64,000 bases of DNA from Eutreptiella sp. 'Long Island Sound 2002' (GCA_964036045.1 OZ038378.1:141422001-141486000), one strand, 5' to 3'; positions 1 through 13,380 are shown, counted from the stretch's first letter. The notes: generated from the sequence alone by a model not told the origin. A program made the numbers and translations.

Positions 1-103
1 GCAGCCTAAGGCAATCGTTTGGCAGGCACCCATCCAGCTAAGAAGTCATATTTTTGAACAACAGCACGAATTATGGTTCTGTGACCAATCTGCTGTCACC
101 ACG

Positions 104-2092
104 ATGGCCCTGAGCGTGGACCAACTCGTCCCCACCCACCCCGACGTCAGGTGGCACTCCGCGCCCCTCAACGCAGGGTGGCTGAACCCAACTGGATACT
201 ACTGGATCCCGGAGGCCTGGGGCCACACGTCCTCTGACACCTCGGGAGGGGGCCCCTGCAGGCACATCACCGGGATGGCCCTCGTGGCTGACCTGACCCG
301 CAAGTGGGCGGTGACCATCCCTGGCACTATGCCCGACGGGGAGGGAGTGGCTGCCTGCCCCCCCCTACAGTACGGCCGACAACGGCCGTGGGTTCACACG
401 GTGGACGCGGAAGTCCTACTCCACTTCCTACAACACGCAGACCATGAAAGAACCATGGGAGTCCCTGCGGGGGCAGCGAAGGTAGTTTACCAACTGCCCC
501 TAACATGGCTCTGCGAGCGGCTGAACAGCCGGGGACTACACCCCGAGCACCCCTTCTGGTTCGCCCACGCCACCCCCCACCACAGCGACGCGCTGCTGCA
601 CAAGGCGGACTGGGCGGCGTCCCAGGACACTGTCCTGCAAAACACGCCACCGGGCTGCAGCCACAGCCAGCTTATAGTCGCCGGCGACGACGGACACCTT
701 GAGCTGCGGCCGCCCACAATGCGATCCCTTGGCGAAGTGGCCCAGAGGGCGCAGCGCGACCACACGTCGACACACCGGGAGCACACACCCCTGGGAATGG
801 CCCACGCCACAGATCTCGTCCATGTACGGGACCTCATCACGACTACCACCAATCATCGCGCGCTCCGAGCCCGGGATGGCCGCATGCCGGTACAATCCAG
901 GCTCCGCACCCGGAAGGAACGACTTTTCGGCGTGTCCATCCTCCCGCAGCCCTGCCTTTTCTGCGGCGGACGGGAGGAAACCCTGGTGCACATGCACGTG
1001 GGCTGCACCGACTTGCGGCTGCTATGGGCACACTACCACCAGACGGTGCAAGAGGCGGCCCGACACCTCCGCCCGGCGACAAAGCGCTGTAGGTTGCCTC
1101 ATGGCGTTCCGTCCGGGAAGAGTGGACAGAGGTTTTCTGCTCTAGATTAATCCCTGAAGCCGCAGAGGCGCAGCTCTGCACGATCGCCCGCTACGACCCC
1201 CCGGGAGAAGCCTCCGTGGACGTTTTCCTCCAACACATGCTCCGACTGGGGGACTTCGACTGGGAGCTCCGCAACCATAGGCCGGAGCAGCTGCTCCGCA
1301 CGCCACACAGCGCGGCGGCGCGAGTGCACCAGTGGCTCACCGCGGCGGAGGGCGATTGCCTGCCTCCCGCCACACGCCTGAGCAGGGATTTCGTGGCCTC
1401 CCTCCGCCTAGTGAAGGGCACACTAGAACGCCGACCCACCCGCGAGGACCCCCACCCATACCAGGACCTGGCGGGGGGTTCCTCGAGGCACTTCCAGAGC
1501 GCCATCTTCTCGCCGTGGATCGTCGGGCGCGGCACAATGACCGCGTGGGAGGCGCGCATGATATGCGTAGAGTGGGCGCATGCATGGGATTGCTCTTGCG
1601 CGGCAACACAACCCCCAGGGACTCCAGCGGAGCAGTACGCCGCAGTCCGCCTGGACGGGTGGGGACCACACACCCGGCCGCGGCCCACGGCGGTCCGCGG
1701 GGCGGGCCCCGATCGCCCGTGGGACGAACATACCACAGAGTGGCTGCGCGAGACCCCGGGGGAACATATCGTCCCTCCTCCGCCAGCCGCTTCCCCCTCG
1801 GCTCGTGCTGCACGCGGCCAACATGCTGCAGGCCACCGGGGTAGGTGTGTGGGGACAGGATGCACCAACCATCTGGTGGCTCCCGCCTGGAGACGAACGC
1901 ACCCGGCTGACGGTGGCCCATTACGAGAAGGGGGGACCCGTTTATGACGACGCTCTGTCCAAGCTGGGCCGTCTCCCGGGACCCCTCCTGCTCCAACTCC
2001 CCGCCGGCCGCGCCGCCGCACTGCGCCGCGAAATGGACGGCCACCGCAACTGGGTGTTGGACTACAGGCCGTTGCCCAAGGGGTCGTCCTAA
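104..2092 (+). mobile_element. Non-LTR retrotransposon (LINE-like) 3' fragment: RNase H-like segment, zf-RVT-type zinc finger and long C-terminal extension; frameshifted
   Basis: ORF 104-1150 contains PCLFCGGREETLVHMHVGC (C-x2-C...E-T-x-x-H...C, the zinc finger found after RT in L1/Tx1/I-type elements). An upstream HATPHHSDALLHKADWAA segment resembles an RNase H C-terminal motif. GC-rich coding-like sequence continues in other frames (1216-1947, then to the stop at 2092). No RT core or clear tail is visible. Confidence 0.75.
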
Positions 2093-2426
2093 CCCTACTC
2101 CACCCGAGCAATGCCGGGGGGCGCCGCTGGGATGTCCTCCTACCCCACCTCGACGGCCACCACGCCTAAATGTCGGCCACCCCGGAACACCCCCGCCCGC
2201 AGCGGGACGTCCAGAACAAGGGACACTTAGACTGGATTACTCTGCGACTTTCACCCTCTGTGAGGCATCATGCGCCGCAACACATTGTTCACAGTAGGGG
2301 ATGGTGCATCTACCCATTTCTCGCACAAACTGACATCCAGAAAAGGGTCCACGTTGTAGGAGATTTGTTGGCCCACATTGAAATTCCAAGGGGGCAAGAG
2401 AAGAAAGGCACCTCTGTCAACTGGTC

Positions 2427-4343
2427 GTGTTACATGGGTGCACTATGATGCAACAATGTGCCTTCCATGTCTCGTTTGCTCGGTATTGCCCGTTTTGCAC
2501 TTTTTGCGATTTGGTCTTTTTGTGCTCTAACTAGTTAGAACGGGGTTAGAGCACTAGTTATCGCAGGGCAGGAAATGGTGCGCAAAGGCTATGCGACGTC
2601 CATATGGAAACCACAGTTAGCCTTACTGAATGGGGAGTTACCAAAAACCAATTGTAGGCCTGCGGTTTGTGATGATTTGGTGACAGCCTGGTGACATGCT
2701 GGGCCCAATTTGTTTCCTGCACCTCATGCTTGCTTTGCCTCTAGATGAAAACCACATCTTGCCAGATGCCACACTTACTGGCAGAGTACTAGACGCCAAT
2801 GGTTGACCTGTGATCTGTGACAAACTGTTGCTTGTTCGGTAACATGTCTGGTTGATTTTTTTGCCCTGTGCCACCTGCCCTTACTCCAGCCCCCCCCCCC
2901 CCCATAGATCCCTGTCTCCCTGTCTCCTTTCCTAGCCGCGCATTGTGTGCCTTGGTGATGGTTTACATTGTGACCAAGAGTCAGAAGAAGGTATATCCAC
3001 CTGGCTTTCCGACTTTACGATTTTGGATTTTCGAAGTCTTGTGTTGTTCCACAATACCTGCACAATACGGACTGTCTGTTTCTCTGCAGAAAGCTACAGC
3101 TCAGGCCACCATGGTTTTGTGCTTTGCATGTCTCTTTGCTTTGCTACATACTAGCGTGGATAATCTGAGCCTTCGTTAACGCAGAGAAAGATTAGAGAAG
3201 ATACCAAGATGGTTTGTGCATGATAACCTAGTTGCCTAAGCTCCAGGCCAAGGAGTAGGTCAAGATCCAACAAGAACGATTCCGACAAAGGGGAATCGGT
3301 GCAAGGGCAACACACGTAACCAATTGTAGACTGACGCCAATGTGCTTCCCACTAGTTATCGCATGAAAACTAGTTATCGCGCGAGTTTTCGCGGGGGTTA
3401 TCGCGCTTCGTTTGCTCTTGTTCCATGTTTCCCCTCTTCGCCTTAGCTCTCAAATTTTTTACTATGGCCCTTGCTGCTGCCCACGCTTGGTGCGAGCACC
3501 ATCAAAACCTCCTTGGGATTCATCGCCTTGGCGGACTTGAGGGGTTTACGATGGGTGACACCCAAGTGAGGCGCCCTGTGGCGAGTCCTTTTGAGAAGGG
3601 TGTGTGAAAGTCCGGGTTCCAACCATATTGACAACCCCCAAAATCGGGGGGGTTCTGCACCACGCCCTAGAGCAGCGCATCCCAGGTATCCTCCTGACCC
3701 ACATGGAGGGTTCTCTTCCTCCCCGCACCCTTCTCGGCGTGCGCCGTCACCAATTCGACCACCACCTCCACATCCTCCGCATGGAGCTAGATCAAAAATC
3801 TAGCAACCCTTGGATTTACCTGGGGCAACTGAAAGATGCAGTTCCTGAGAACCAGGGGGTCCTTCTCTTCAACCATGAAGAGGGTACGATGGATGATGAG
3901 CCCAAAGTCCACACCCTTGTCAAAGTGACTCGCCATAGGGCGCCCCACCTTGGTGTCACCCATAGTAAACCCCTTGGTGCCCCAAGGCGATGAATCCGAA
4001 GGAGCTGTTGCTGGTGCTCACATCAAGCATGGGCAGCGGCAAAGGCCATGATAAAGAAGTCGAGGTCTAAGACCAAGAGGGGAAACATGAAACAAAAGCA
4101 AATGAAGCGCGATAACCTCCGCGATAACCTGCGCAGTAGCGGGTTTTCGCGCGATAACTACTGCGATAACCCCCACGATAACTAGGTTGTCACGCGACAA
4201 CCCCCGCGACAACTAGTACACTAACCCTGTTCTCACTAGTTAGAGCACAAATAGACCAAATGGCAAAAAGTGCTAAATGGGCAATATTGAGCAAACCAAA
4301 CATGCAAGGCACGTTGTGGCATCAAATTGCACCCATGAAACAC
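2427..4343. mobile_element. Foldback-like long inverted-repeat element (arms about 430 bp, spacer about 300 bp) with GCGATAAC subterminal motifs
   Basis: 2427-2566 plus 3351-3605 is the reverse complement of about 3909-4343 (for example gtgttacatgggtgcactatgatgcaacaatgtgcc versus ggcacgttgtggcatcaaattgcacccatgaaacac). gcgataac/gttatcgc is repeated many times in both arms. Confidence 0.75.
2567..3350. mobile_element. Insertion nested in the left arm of the foldback element
   Basis: About 785 bp absent from the right arm. Flanked by the direct repeat actagttatcgca (2554-2566 and 3351-3363), with weak terminal IR gggcaggaaatgg / ccaatgtgcttccc. The duplication overlaps a subterminal motif, so it may not be a true TSD. 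Confidence 0.45.
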
Positions 4344-6425
4344 ATGAAAGTCCGGGTTCCAACCATATTAACAACCCCCCAAAATTGGGGGGGCTTCACA
4401 CCGCGCCTTAGAGCAGCACATCCCATGCAATCCCATCCCTACCCGTTTGTTGTCGGTGGATGCCCTTGGGTTGTTTTGCACATCGCCTTCGTGGGTGACG
4501 GCGATGAGAAAACCTTTCAAATAGATTGACGAGGAGCAGTAATTTCAGATGGAAAAGAACGAATGGGCAAACATGTGTCACAATCCAATAGGGCTTTGTA
4601 AACCATGCCGATCACGAGGTGAGGTCGCTGAACATTGGATGAAGAGATGTCGACATCTTGAATGACAAGACACGCCGGCGGTGCTGGGATCTGTCCTACC
4701 AGGTACATCAAAAATAATGCGCATCTGCAGCAATGTTTTAAAAAGAATTTACAACTAAATCGACCTTTAAATCGCAAATTAACGTTGCTTGCTCAACTAA
4801 GGCCGAATTTTTGGTTGACACCGATCACAAAAACGTCGTTCCAAATTTGCCATGCAGGGGCTTTCAATTTAGCTAGGGAAAATGCCGTGTTTCCTCTTTT
4901 TGTACCACACCGAAAGGGACAATCGTTTGCACGCCTCGCAAAAGCCCCAATTTCGGCTCTCCCCTAGAAACGCGTCAAATGTACAGCACTCACGGTCTTT
5001 GAATGATCCGATTTCCTCCCGTGTCTGCACACACATGTTTGCTGGTGGTCCCTTACCGCGCACATTAGCACGCCCACTTGGTAACTAGAATAGCACAAAC
5101 GTAAGCTTTCACCCATGCTATGTACATAAGGACCACAAGGCCGGTTGTGGAGGCCGTAAACTGCAATTCAATGCTGATTTTATGATGCCAAGAGGAAGTG
5201 AGTTGCGGTTTGCTAAAAAATTGTAATTTCGCTTTCGTGGAGTCTTGCATCTAAAGCATCGCGCTGGCACATCGTGTAGCTACATCGACAAACTAAGCTC
5301 ATCTAACCTCTCAAGGTGTGCAAAACACAGGCACGAGGCGTTGCATTGAGATCTTTGTTGCAAAAGTAGGGTTGCCCTATAGCATTTTGAAGCACGAAAT
5401 AGCTAACTTTTCATGGCCTATCTCCAAAGCAGTTCCCTATACCGTCGTCTGCTTCGGCACGTGCTGGTTCGCTCCCTCATGGAGCAATGGTAAACAGAGC
5501 AACAAGAGGAGAAGAACACAACGCCTAGGCCTTTTTGCAGACAACGGGAGTGACGGTTGGAGAGACGCACACTGTTCGCACCGGGGCCCAATGAGGGGCC
5601 ATGCAAGCATCCAAGTTCCCCATCCATGGGCACTCTTTTAAAGGTGGTCATTCCATTCGCTACCGTCGTCTATTCACTAGTCCACGTTGTCCGGCACACA
5701 CCATGCACGGCTGAGATGGGTTGGAGACAGCATACAAGTTCAAGGCACACTAAACGATCAATGCACGTGCTCCCCTATTGCACTTTTTATGCCTTTACAG
5801 ATGGACATATTCTATTCTTTTTCGCCTGAGACGAAATGATGAAGGAATATGCTAGGCTTGGTTGGGTGGTCTTCCGGGTACTAGAGGACTTGGCAAGCAA
5901 ACAAGCATACAAATAAAGCCTTCGTGAGCACACCATACTCTGAAAAGCTGCATAACACGTACCAGGGTAGTGCACGGGGCGCGTATGGGGTAAGCTTGGG
6001 TTAAACATGCCGCCCCCGCAACCAAGTCTGGCCATATAACGCACATCAAACTTGGGTTTTTTCGCAGAATCGTTGAATATTTTTCGAAAAACATTGCTAC
6101 ACAAGTGAAAAACGGTCCCGGGCTTCAATGTTGCTCTTGTCTTGCCTCATGTCGAGGTACATTCTTTCATCATTAAAGGTCACACTTAATGCTTTAAACA
6201 ATCTTGACGGCTTCCTCGAGGTGCATACTTGCATTTAAAACTTTCTCCCCCTTATGAAGGTTAAGGTTGTCAAGGGCTGTCTTTCTAAGCTATGTTTCCT
6301 TGATAGGACTAACCTTTGATATAATTACATGATCCTCCTACCCTACCCAGGGGTGGGGTATACTTCGTGGCAACCCTGCTGCATGCCTTGTTAGCATTGA
6401 CATCGTGCAGTAGGCGTTCCGTGGT

Positions 6426-6527
6426 ACAAGGCCTCGTTGCCCCCCCCCCCCCCCCATGGCGGCACGGCACGGCACGGCACAAAACAGGGCGGCACATGGA
6501 GATTCCGACCCCCCCCCCTATTCCTAC
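6426..6527. repeat. Dispersed about 100-bp repeat with GGCAC pentamers, copy 1
   Basis: acaaggcctc...ggcggcacggcacggcacggcacaaaacagggcggcaca.ggagattccga recurs at 7151-7253. Confidence 0.8.
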
Positions 6528-6728
6528 CTCGCCCGACCCTACCCGGAACGGGCCCTTAGAGACGACCGCTATGGAGTGCCAATCACATACATATGGGCCC
6601 AATGCATTTGTTTTCTTGTCTCGGGCCCAATGCTAGCATTTCCTGGTGGTCCCTGGGTGGATATTGTTGCTTCTTGGTGGTCTCTGGATGGGCACTGGTA
6701 TTTCCTAGTGGTCTTTTGATGTATGTTG

Positions 6729-6973
6729 ACAATTGATTCACATTAATAATTGCATTAAACTCCAAACCATAATGCATGAGAAACTATTCCAAAATATTCG
6801 TCAAATGGCACAAAGTGAGATGGAGAGACATGCAAGCAAAAGCAACGCAACAATCCATGCAAACTTCTTAAAAAAACTTGTGTCGCATGATGACAAGTCG
6901 AAATTTAGCACATAAACCATCACATCTTCAACAACAACATGCAATGATCACAATTGATTCACATTAATAATTG
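6729..6973. repeat. Exact 24-bp direct repeat flanking about 197 bp
   Basis: acaattgattcacattaataattg at 6729-6752 and 6950-6973. Confidence 0.7.
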
Positions 6974-7150
6974 AATTGAAGTCATGAATGAGTTGGAAAA
7001 CACATGGTGCAACACCAAGAGACAACACACAAAAAGTTGCAAATGCAACAGTCACGAAAAAGAGCAACATGCCGTCCAAATCTGAACCACTGATACATGT
7101 ATGCCTCTACAAAGGATCTTGTTGGGTAGGAACACTTGGCACGGCACGGC

Positions 7151-7253
7151 ACAAGGCCTCTTTGCCTCTCCCCCCCCCATAGGCGGCACGGCACGGCACG
7201 GCACAAAACAGGGCGGCACACGGAGATTCCGATCCCCCCCCCCCTATGCCTAC
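7151..7253. repeat. Dispersed about 100-bp repeat with GGCAC pentamers, copy 2
   Basis: Direct, near-identical copy of 6426-6527. Confidence 0.8.
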
Positions 7254-10200
7254 TGCACATCGGCTCTACCTGCAAAACTGCACCCCTAGGCTTACCAACA
7301 AAACCAAAGGGATCTTGTGTTCCTTTGTTGTGTTGTCCAAAAGGATTTGCACGCTTTCCTCTATGGGACCTCCCTTAAGGGGTGTGGCAAAAGATAATGC
7401 CATGCAGGCGATGGCCTTGTGGGGTGTGGAAAAGAAGAATCAGAGGGTGTGGCAATTTGGTTAAGAGAAGGTTCGTTTGGGGAAGGTGAAGGCTCCAAAG
7501 GGTGTACACAAGGGCCGTTGGAAACCAATTTGGTGTCCCAAACTTTAGAGTTTCTACCCTGTGAATCTGCAGCGGTAGGCACCCTTTGTGGTAACTCGGG
7601 TTCACACTTCTAACGAATCACAAGCAACTTGGTAACTTTCTTTTCTGTGGCCATGGCAACACCATCCGCGAAATCAATGTTCCTCTCCCTCCCACTCAAT
7701 TCACGGCACTCCTTCCAAGCAAAATCTGTTTTATGAACAACACACCAACTAGCATTGGTCTTGAAAGTGGGCTTCTCACCATCAACAAGCAATAGGCTCA
7801 CAAGAAATGGGAACTCTAAAATGTGGCATTGACCAAACTCAGAAATGCACAAGGAAGCGTCCAGCAAAACTCCTCGTAATGACTTGGGACACAACACTTG
7901 ACCAAACTGCTTACGTTGAGCCCACTGCACATTCACGATTTGGATTTAACAACCGGGGCAATCATCACAAACCAAGACCATAAATATGTCGATTATGCCG
8001 AAATCACATCGTAACCTTGGTAGATTGATAGACATGGCAAGCACAGCCCATATCTTCAAACATATTGGAGCACTGGGCCAAAAAAGCCACAAACCCAAGT
8101 GCAAACCGCGACCAAAGGTTCCATATGAAAAGCTCTGGCGGGCCCAAAAACAAGCTATGTGTACAGCTCTGCTATGCAGTTAGTCATTGCGAAATGCGAC
8201 AAATGGAACCGGAAAAACTCGCAAACAACTAACAGTCATCTGATTGATGCAATCCACAAAAAAAGTATTTAGTAATCCTACAACTTCAAAAATTGTAAAA
8301 CTTCAAAAATGATCAAAACGGCACTCTAAAGTGCTACAGATCCGGCATTGATGGATTCAAAATAATATTAACTACTATTGATGTACAGATGTGCACAAAC
8401 AAAAAACCCAAATTGAGTTGATGTCGAGGTGGTGATGACTGAGTCAGGCTGGCAAGTTGTATCAGCAGAAATGCTCTTTTCGGCTGATAAGGAAGGGTAG
8501 GGTGATTTAATAGGGGGGCTCAAGGGGGACGCCAGAATTGAGATACGGCGCCGCAGCGCTGCGAGGTATCGAAGCGCATGCGACCGAACCGACCTACCAT
8601 AATGGGGGGGCACATTTGGGCCACTTGAAAGCTTCAACTTGAGTACAGGGTCCGATCCCCCCCCCCTGGGGACCCCCCTCCCCTCCTCCCTCCCTCAGTT
8701 CCCTCCCTCCCACCCCCGGCTCCCTCCCTCCCTCCGTCGGCTAAAGCTGCCCCCCCCCCCACCTTCTTCCTCGTCTACTTTACCTCTCTTCCTCCCTCCC
8801 TCCCTTGCAATGCAATGCATAGACAACAAAGAGTAAAGAAATTCTCCAATGAGCTTGTCAAGAACACGACATGTTTACTCATCCAGGGGCTGGCCACTTG
8901 TAGGATGCCGCAACCTGTTGTGGTGTGCCTTATCACCCTTGCTGGTGAACACCCACTTGCATTGTGCACATGCACCATGGCCATTTAACAAGGCCGTGGG
9001 CTGGTGCTCATCGGCCTTCGCCCGCAGCGTGGCATCATACGCCGTCTACCACATTCTTCATCTGTGTGCGTACCACATCCTTATCATCACTAAAGCAGTG
9101 ACAGGCTAGCCTTTGGCTTACCCAACCAAACAACAATTCCAGTGTCGTAAGGATTCCTATTAAGATAAGCCGACGATCGCTCCGAACAAAAAGTTGCGAT
9201 CGTTACGTCAACGGGTTAACAATGCGGTGGCAAAGACACGTAATCGGATAGCCCAACTCATGCCTAACGTTGTGGTACAAAGTTTGTTGAAAAACTCGAA
9301 CGGCCAAAATATGACATATATGGTATGGTCATAGATTACACGTAGATTGGTGATCATCAAAGTGGATGGAGGGCCACCGCTTCAAAAAACAACAAGAGTG
9401 TCGTAGCCCAAAAGGTACTTGGCCGTTTGGAACTCCTTTACAATTGGTTTGGCCAAACTACCACTTGGGATGTACAAATGCAAGCATTACAAATGCTACT
9501 AGCAAATCCTTAGATGCGCTCCACAGACCAACACACCTTAGTTCAGAACCGGCTATTTTGTGGCCAAGGAGACGGAGCAACAGCGAACAGTGCGCAGCTT
9601 TCACTCTTGTTCAACTCTACATAGAATGCACCGTTTCGGCAACCATGCCAAATTATGCCGGATCCAGCAGGAAATTGTATCAGAATGAAAACTATGTAGG
9701 TTCCAATCACAATGATATAAAAACTGCATTCATACCGTTCCGAAACAAAGAAATAAATGTCTGCTTGGCCACAAATTTGTCGCCGGCCTGTTGCTCGACA
9801 CCCAACTTGAGTACGGGCCGCGACCCCCCCACCCCTGTGCTGAAGCATTCAACTCGCCTAAATGTGGCTCCCCAATTCTACCATAATTATAGTCGCCTGC
9901 GCTGCGTGACTCCGGCCGGCTCCGCACCAAACCGTTGGACACAGTGTTCTTGTCGCTGGCTTGTTAAATTTTTTTGTATGTTTCATTTTAGCATGGGAAT
10001 AGTGCTCATGAGGGTTGGTCTGCGCCGATCTTCGCCGATCTGCGCACTCCACTTCGGCCTTGCAGCACGGCGGCTCCTTCGGCGCCTTACAACTTAAACA
10101 AAAATGCGTGTCTACAACATGCAGACAGTATCTACAATGGGCAAACAATGTCTACTTGGGGAAGATAGCGTCTGTAGACTGCATGGGGGTGTTCTACTTA

Positions 10201-11455
10201 ACCCGAGTGAGCACACCACACAAGTTTTGTCATCAACTTTTACATTTATCTTCCACGGATCACGTTACGGCGTTTTCTTGGGCTCAAATGGGTTCCGCAT
10301 TGCAAGCGAAGTTGGAGGCATCTGGGTAGACTGATATGAATGATTTTAATTCAGCCGTGTGTTTGGTTCTAGATGATATGAGGGCTCAAGTTCCTACCGC
10401 ACGAGAAAGATAGCAAGGCGTTGGTTATTGCCAAGGTTTTTTGGGGCACCTTCTTTGTGAAATGACGGGCAAGTCTATGCTTTTTGCAAATTTCATTGGT
10501 TACCGTAACGCAGTTTTGGTATCTTTAACGCTTTATGCGCAGCACGTGCCACGCCCATCGTGTTGGAAGGAGACGACAAGGAGGCGGTGTTCAAGATTTG
10601 CAATAACTTGGCACAGAAAGACAAAGAGATGAAAAAATCTCCGGAGCAGCCGGAGTCTTCTGCTCGCTTTCCTTGGGCTTTACAGCTTGAAGAATTGCCT
10701 TCTCAATACGCTATTTCGCTCATTCTTTGGAAGAATGTGATAGAAGACGCCTTTTGCGATGCGCCTATTAACAATAGCAAAAAAATTTCTCGGGTTTGAA
10801 TTAAAAAGACCCATAGAGCTTGGGAGTCCGAGCTTTGTAGAGCTCTTAGGCTCTTGGTTGTGCTTGACCAATCCATTGTGAGTGCCGAGGTTTGTGATGT
10901 GTAGCCTGAAGATCTTTGTGAGCGTTTGTTTTTTACCAAGCTCGATCTTGCCTTGCGCATTCAGGAACATGGTAAAGGGAGGTTTATTCCCGCGGCGTTG
11001 GAGCTTCGCAATCCTTTGTTTTGAAAGGCAGAGTTAGCCACAGCATGCTTTACTGTCGTCATTGATAAGTTTAGGTCACATCTTTTTCTATGTCAAGGCT
11101 CTTCGTGCAATATAGCCTATGCGTTTTCACAATCCGAAACGCCAACAGTTTCGCCGAATGCGATCTCAATACGCCCAACATCAATCTCCAGATGGCGGAA
11201 AAGGGCGAAGAGATGGCCGCGGTTACAACCGCAATCAGCGCGCCTGTTCCTAAAGAGCACCACAAGGTTAGCGGAGTGCGCGCACTTGATTAGGTCGCCA
11301 TGCCTTGTAGGCTTCGAGCTTGCTTATCATGATGGCGTTCCAATGCGCCGAAACGTTTGGTCAACATTTTGACGCGTTGGAGTTTTTCTACATTTAAAAC
11401 TTCCGTTCTTCGCGGTTGGGGTTCAAGTTATTCACTGCTTAGATAAACTTGCTTA

Positions 11456-13380
11456 TGCAAGGGAAGTCATTGCCGAATATTTAGATATCGGCCCAATATC
11501 CCCATGTCAAGCAAGTGAATTGCGATTTCTTGTTCTGTGGTCTGTTGTAACCAAGTTTCAGCCAAATGGCGATGTAAAGCGTCGCTCTACAACTAATTTG
11601 AAAAATCAATACCTTCGTCACTGTATCTTCCTTCAAATTGGACCATTGGGAAGTTGTTTACCCGATACTGAAGCCTGGCATGCAGTGTGCAAAGGTTGAC
11701 CTTTGGCATGCGTATTTTCATGCGCCCGTCTCTAACCATTTCTTAAAATACGTCGGTGTCAAGTTGGAGTCCGACTTTTATAAGTTCAATGGCTTGCCCT
11801 TCGGGCTTAATGCTTCACGCGAGATCTTTTGTTCCTTTATGTGTGTTCCTTTGCGTTTGTGGCGGCAACAAGGGCTAATGGTCTTTGTTTATATGAATGA
11901 TAGATTGATTTTGGGAGGATGTACGTCGCGATACATCTAGCGGAACATTATGTTAAATTCGGTATGGTTATAATATTCCGCTAGGCGTAACACTTATTCC
12001 GCTAGGCGTAAGCAGGATTTTATCTGTCTACCGGAACATTGTATGGGCCATTAGGCGCAAGGAATACAGCTAGTTGTTCCGGTAGACGTAAGCATCTACC
12101 CCATCCTATAAAATGTTACTTTGTTTCATGCAACTCCAACAAAAGATGTTTCTTCATGTTGTTAGGCCAAAATGATAGCACACCCCCTAAATTACGTAAA
12201 AAAAATGCAATAAATCCGGTCATCCTATGTTTCTGTTGGGTGCCTTCTCAAAAACACCAAAATCTACCTTGATCCTTGCCATCATGGCACACATGCAACA
12301 TTGAAGTTTGAATGTTGTTAACAAGTATTGTGAAACTCTTCGACAAACAATGCGCATATGCGAGCCACACTACCCATATTTTTCATCTTGGATTGGGAAG
12401 ACACCTCTTCTCGAATGATGATCTTAAATTTTTCTTTACCCCAAAGCTTGTTCAGATCACTGACAAATCCAAGAAACTGTGGACCACAACAACACGATAA
12501 TTCCATTTTGGGGGAAAATATGCCACTTTTCGCCAATGAATTTTTGGTTGCTTGTGTTATTTTGCGCTAGTGCATTCATGTGCACATTGTGTGCAATTTC
12601 AAGGCTGTTTCAAAAAAGCTTTGAATTCGATACCCCACGCGCAGTTCTTGCGCCTAAAGGCAGGACTCGGCATGTTCTACTTGTTGATACCTGTGCATGA
12701 ATGGTGAATGCCCATTTCCAAATGTCATCATGGTACTTCTTAGCCACAAACAATGTGCTGTGGCTTCCCCTAATGGACCTTTATTCTGTCCGCTTTAGCA
12801 CCTTTGTCCAGGGTTGAATGCCTCACTCATTAACATCCAATTACTAACTCGGCAGTGAAGCTAAATTGTTTTGTCTTTCTCATTTATTTATATTCTGTCA
12901 TAGTTATGTTGTAAATATTGAGCTACTTGAAATGGAGATGGACTGAATTGCTACACTTTTGCAACTTTTTAATTGTAAACCTACTTGCTTTTGTGAACAT
13001 TGATGTTATTGAAAAGATCAGAAATTAGTTTGTTTTTAAAAAAAAACCAGAAATTGGTTTTCCATACATGCATACGTCTTGCGGAACAGATAAGATTGGT
13101 TCTTACGTCTAATAGCCCATATAACGTTCTGGTGGACGTACAAAATTTGACTGACGTCTTGTGGAATAGGTGTTACGTCTAGCAGAATATTATAATGGAC
13201 CGGATTTAACGTTATAATGTTCCATTAGGCGTATCGCGACGTATACTCGCTTCCATACAGCTGCATACCTAGAGATGCTGCTGATATGCTGTGACCCAGC
13301 GCGAACTTGCCGACCGAGTGCGAGAGGCCCTGTGGCACACGGGGTGGGACGCAACGCAAAAAAACCTCTTTTACAAAATC
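11456..13380 (+). pseudogene. DIRS/Ngaro-type reverse transcriptase pseudogene, split by a TA-TSD insertion
   Basis: AREVIAEYLDIG...VVTKFQPNGDVKRR (frameshift) then AKVDLWHAYFHAP...YKFNGLPFGLNAS.EIF...VFVYMNDRLILGG: RT motifs with LPFGL and a degenerate YxDD. After the insertion, LADRVREALWHTGW resembles the post-YxDD helix. A stop-riddled ORF-like region upstream (about 10,330-11,040) may be its ORF1. Confidence 0.75.
11924..13241. mobile_element. Non-autonomous Tc1/mariner-type DNA transposon (TA TSD, TIRs about 70 bp)
   Basis: Left end TA|cgtcgcgatacatctagcggaacattatgttaaattcgg; right end ccggatttaacgttataatgttccattaggcgtatcgcgacg|TA. No intact transposase ORF inside. Confidence 0.8.

Noticed and set aside
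9366-10097. 243-aa ORF
   Set aside because: No recognisable motifs or codon bias; it lies among degenerate repeats.
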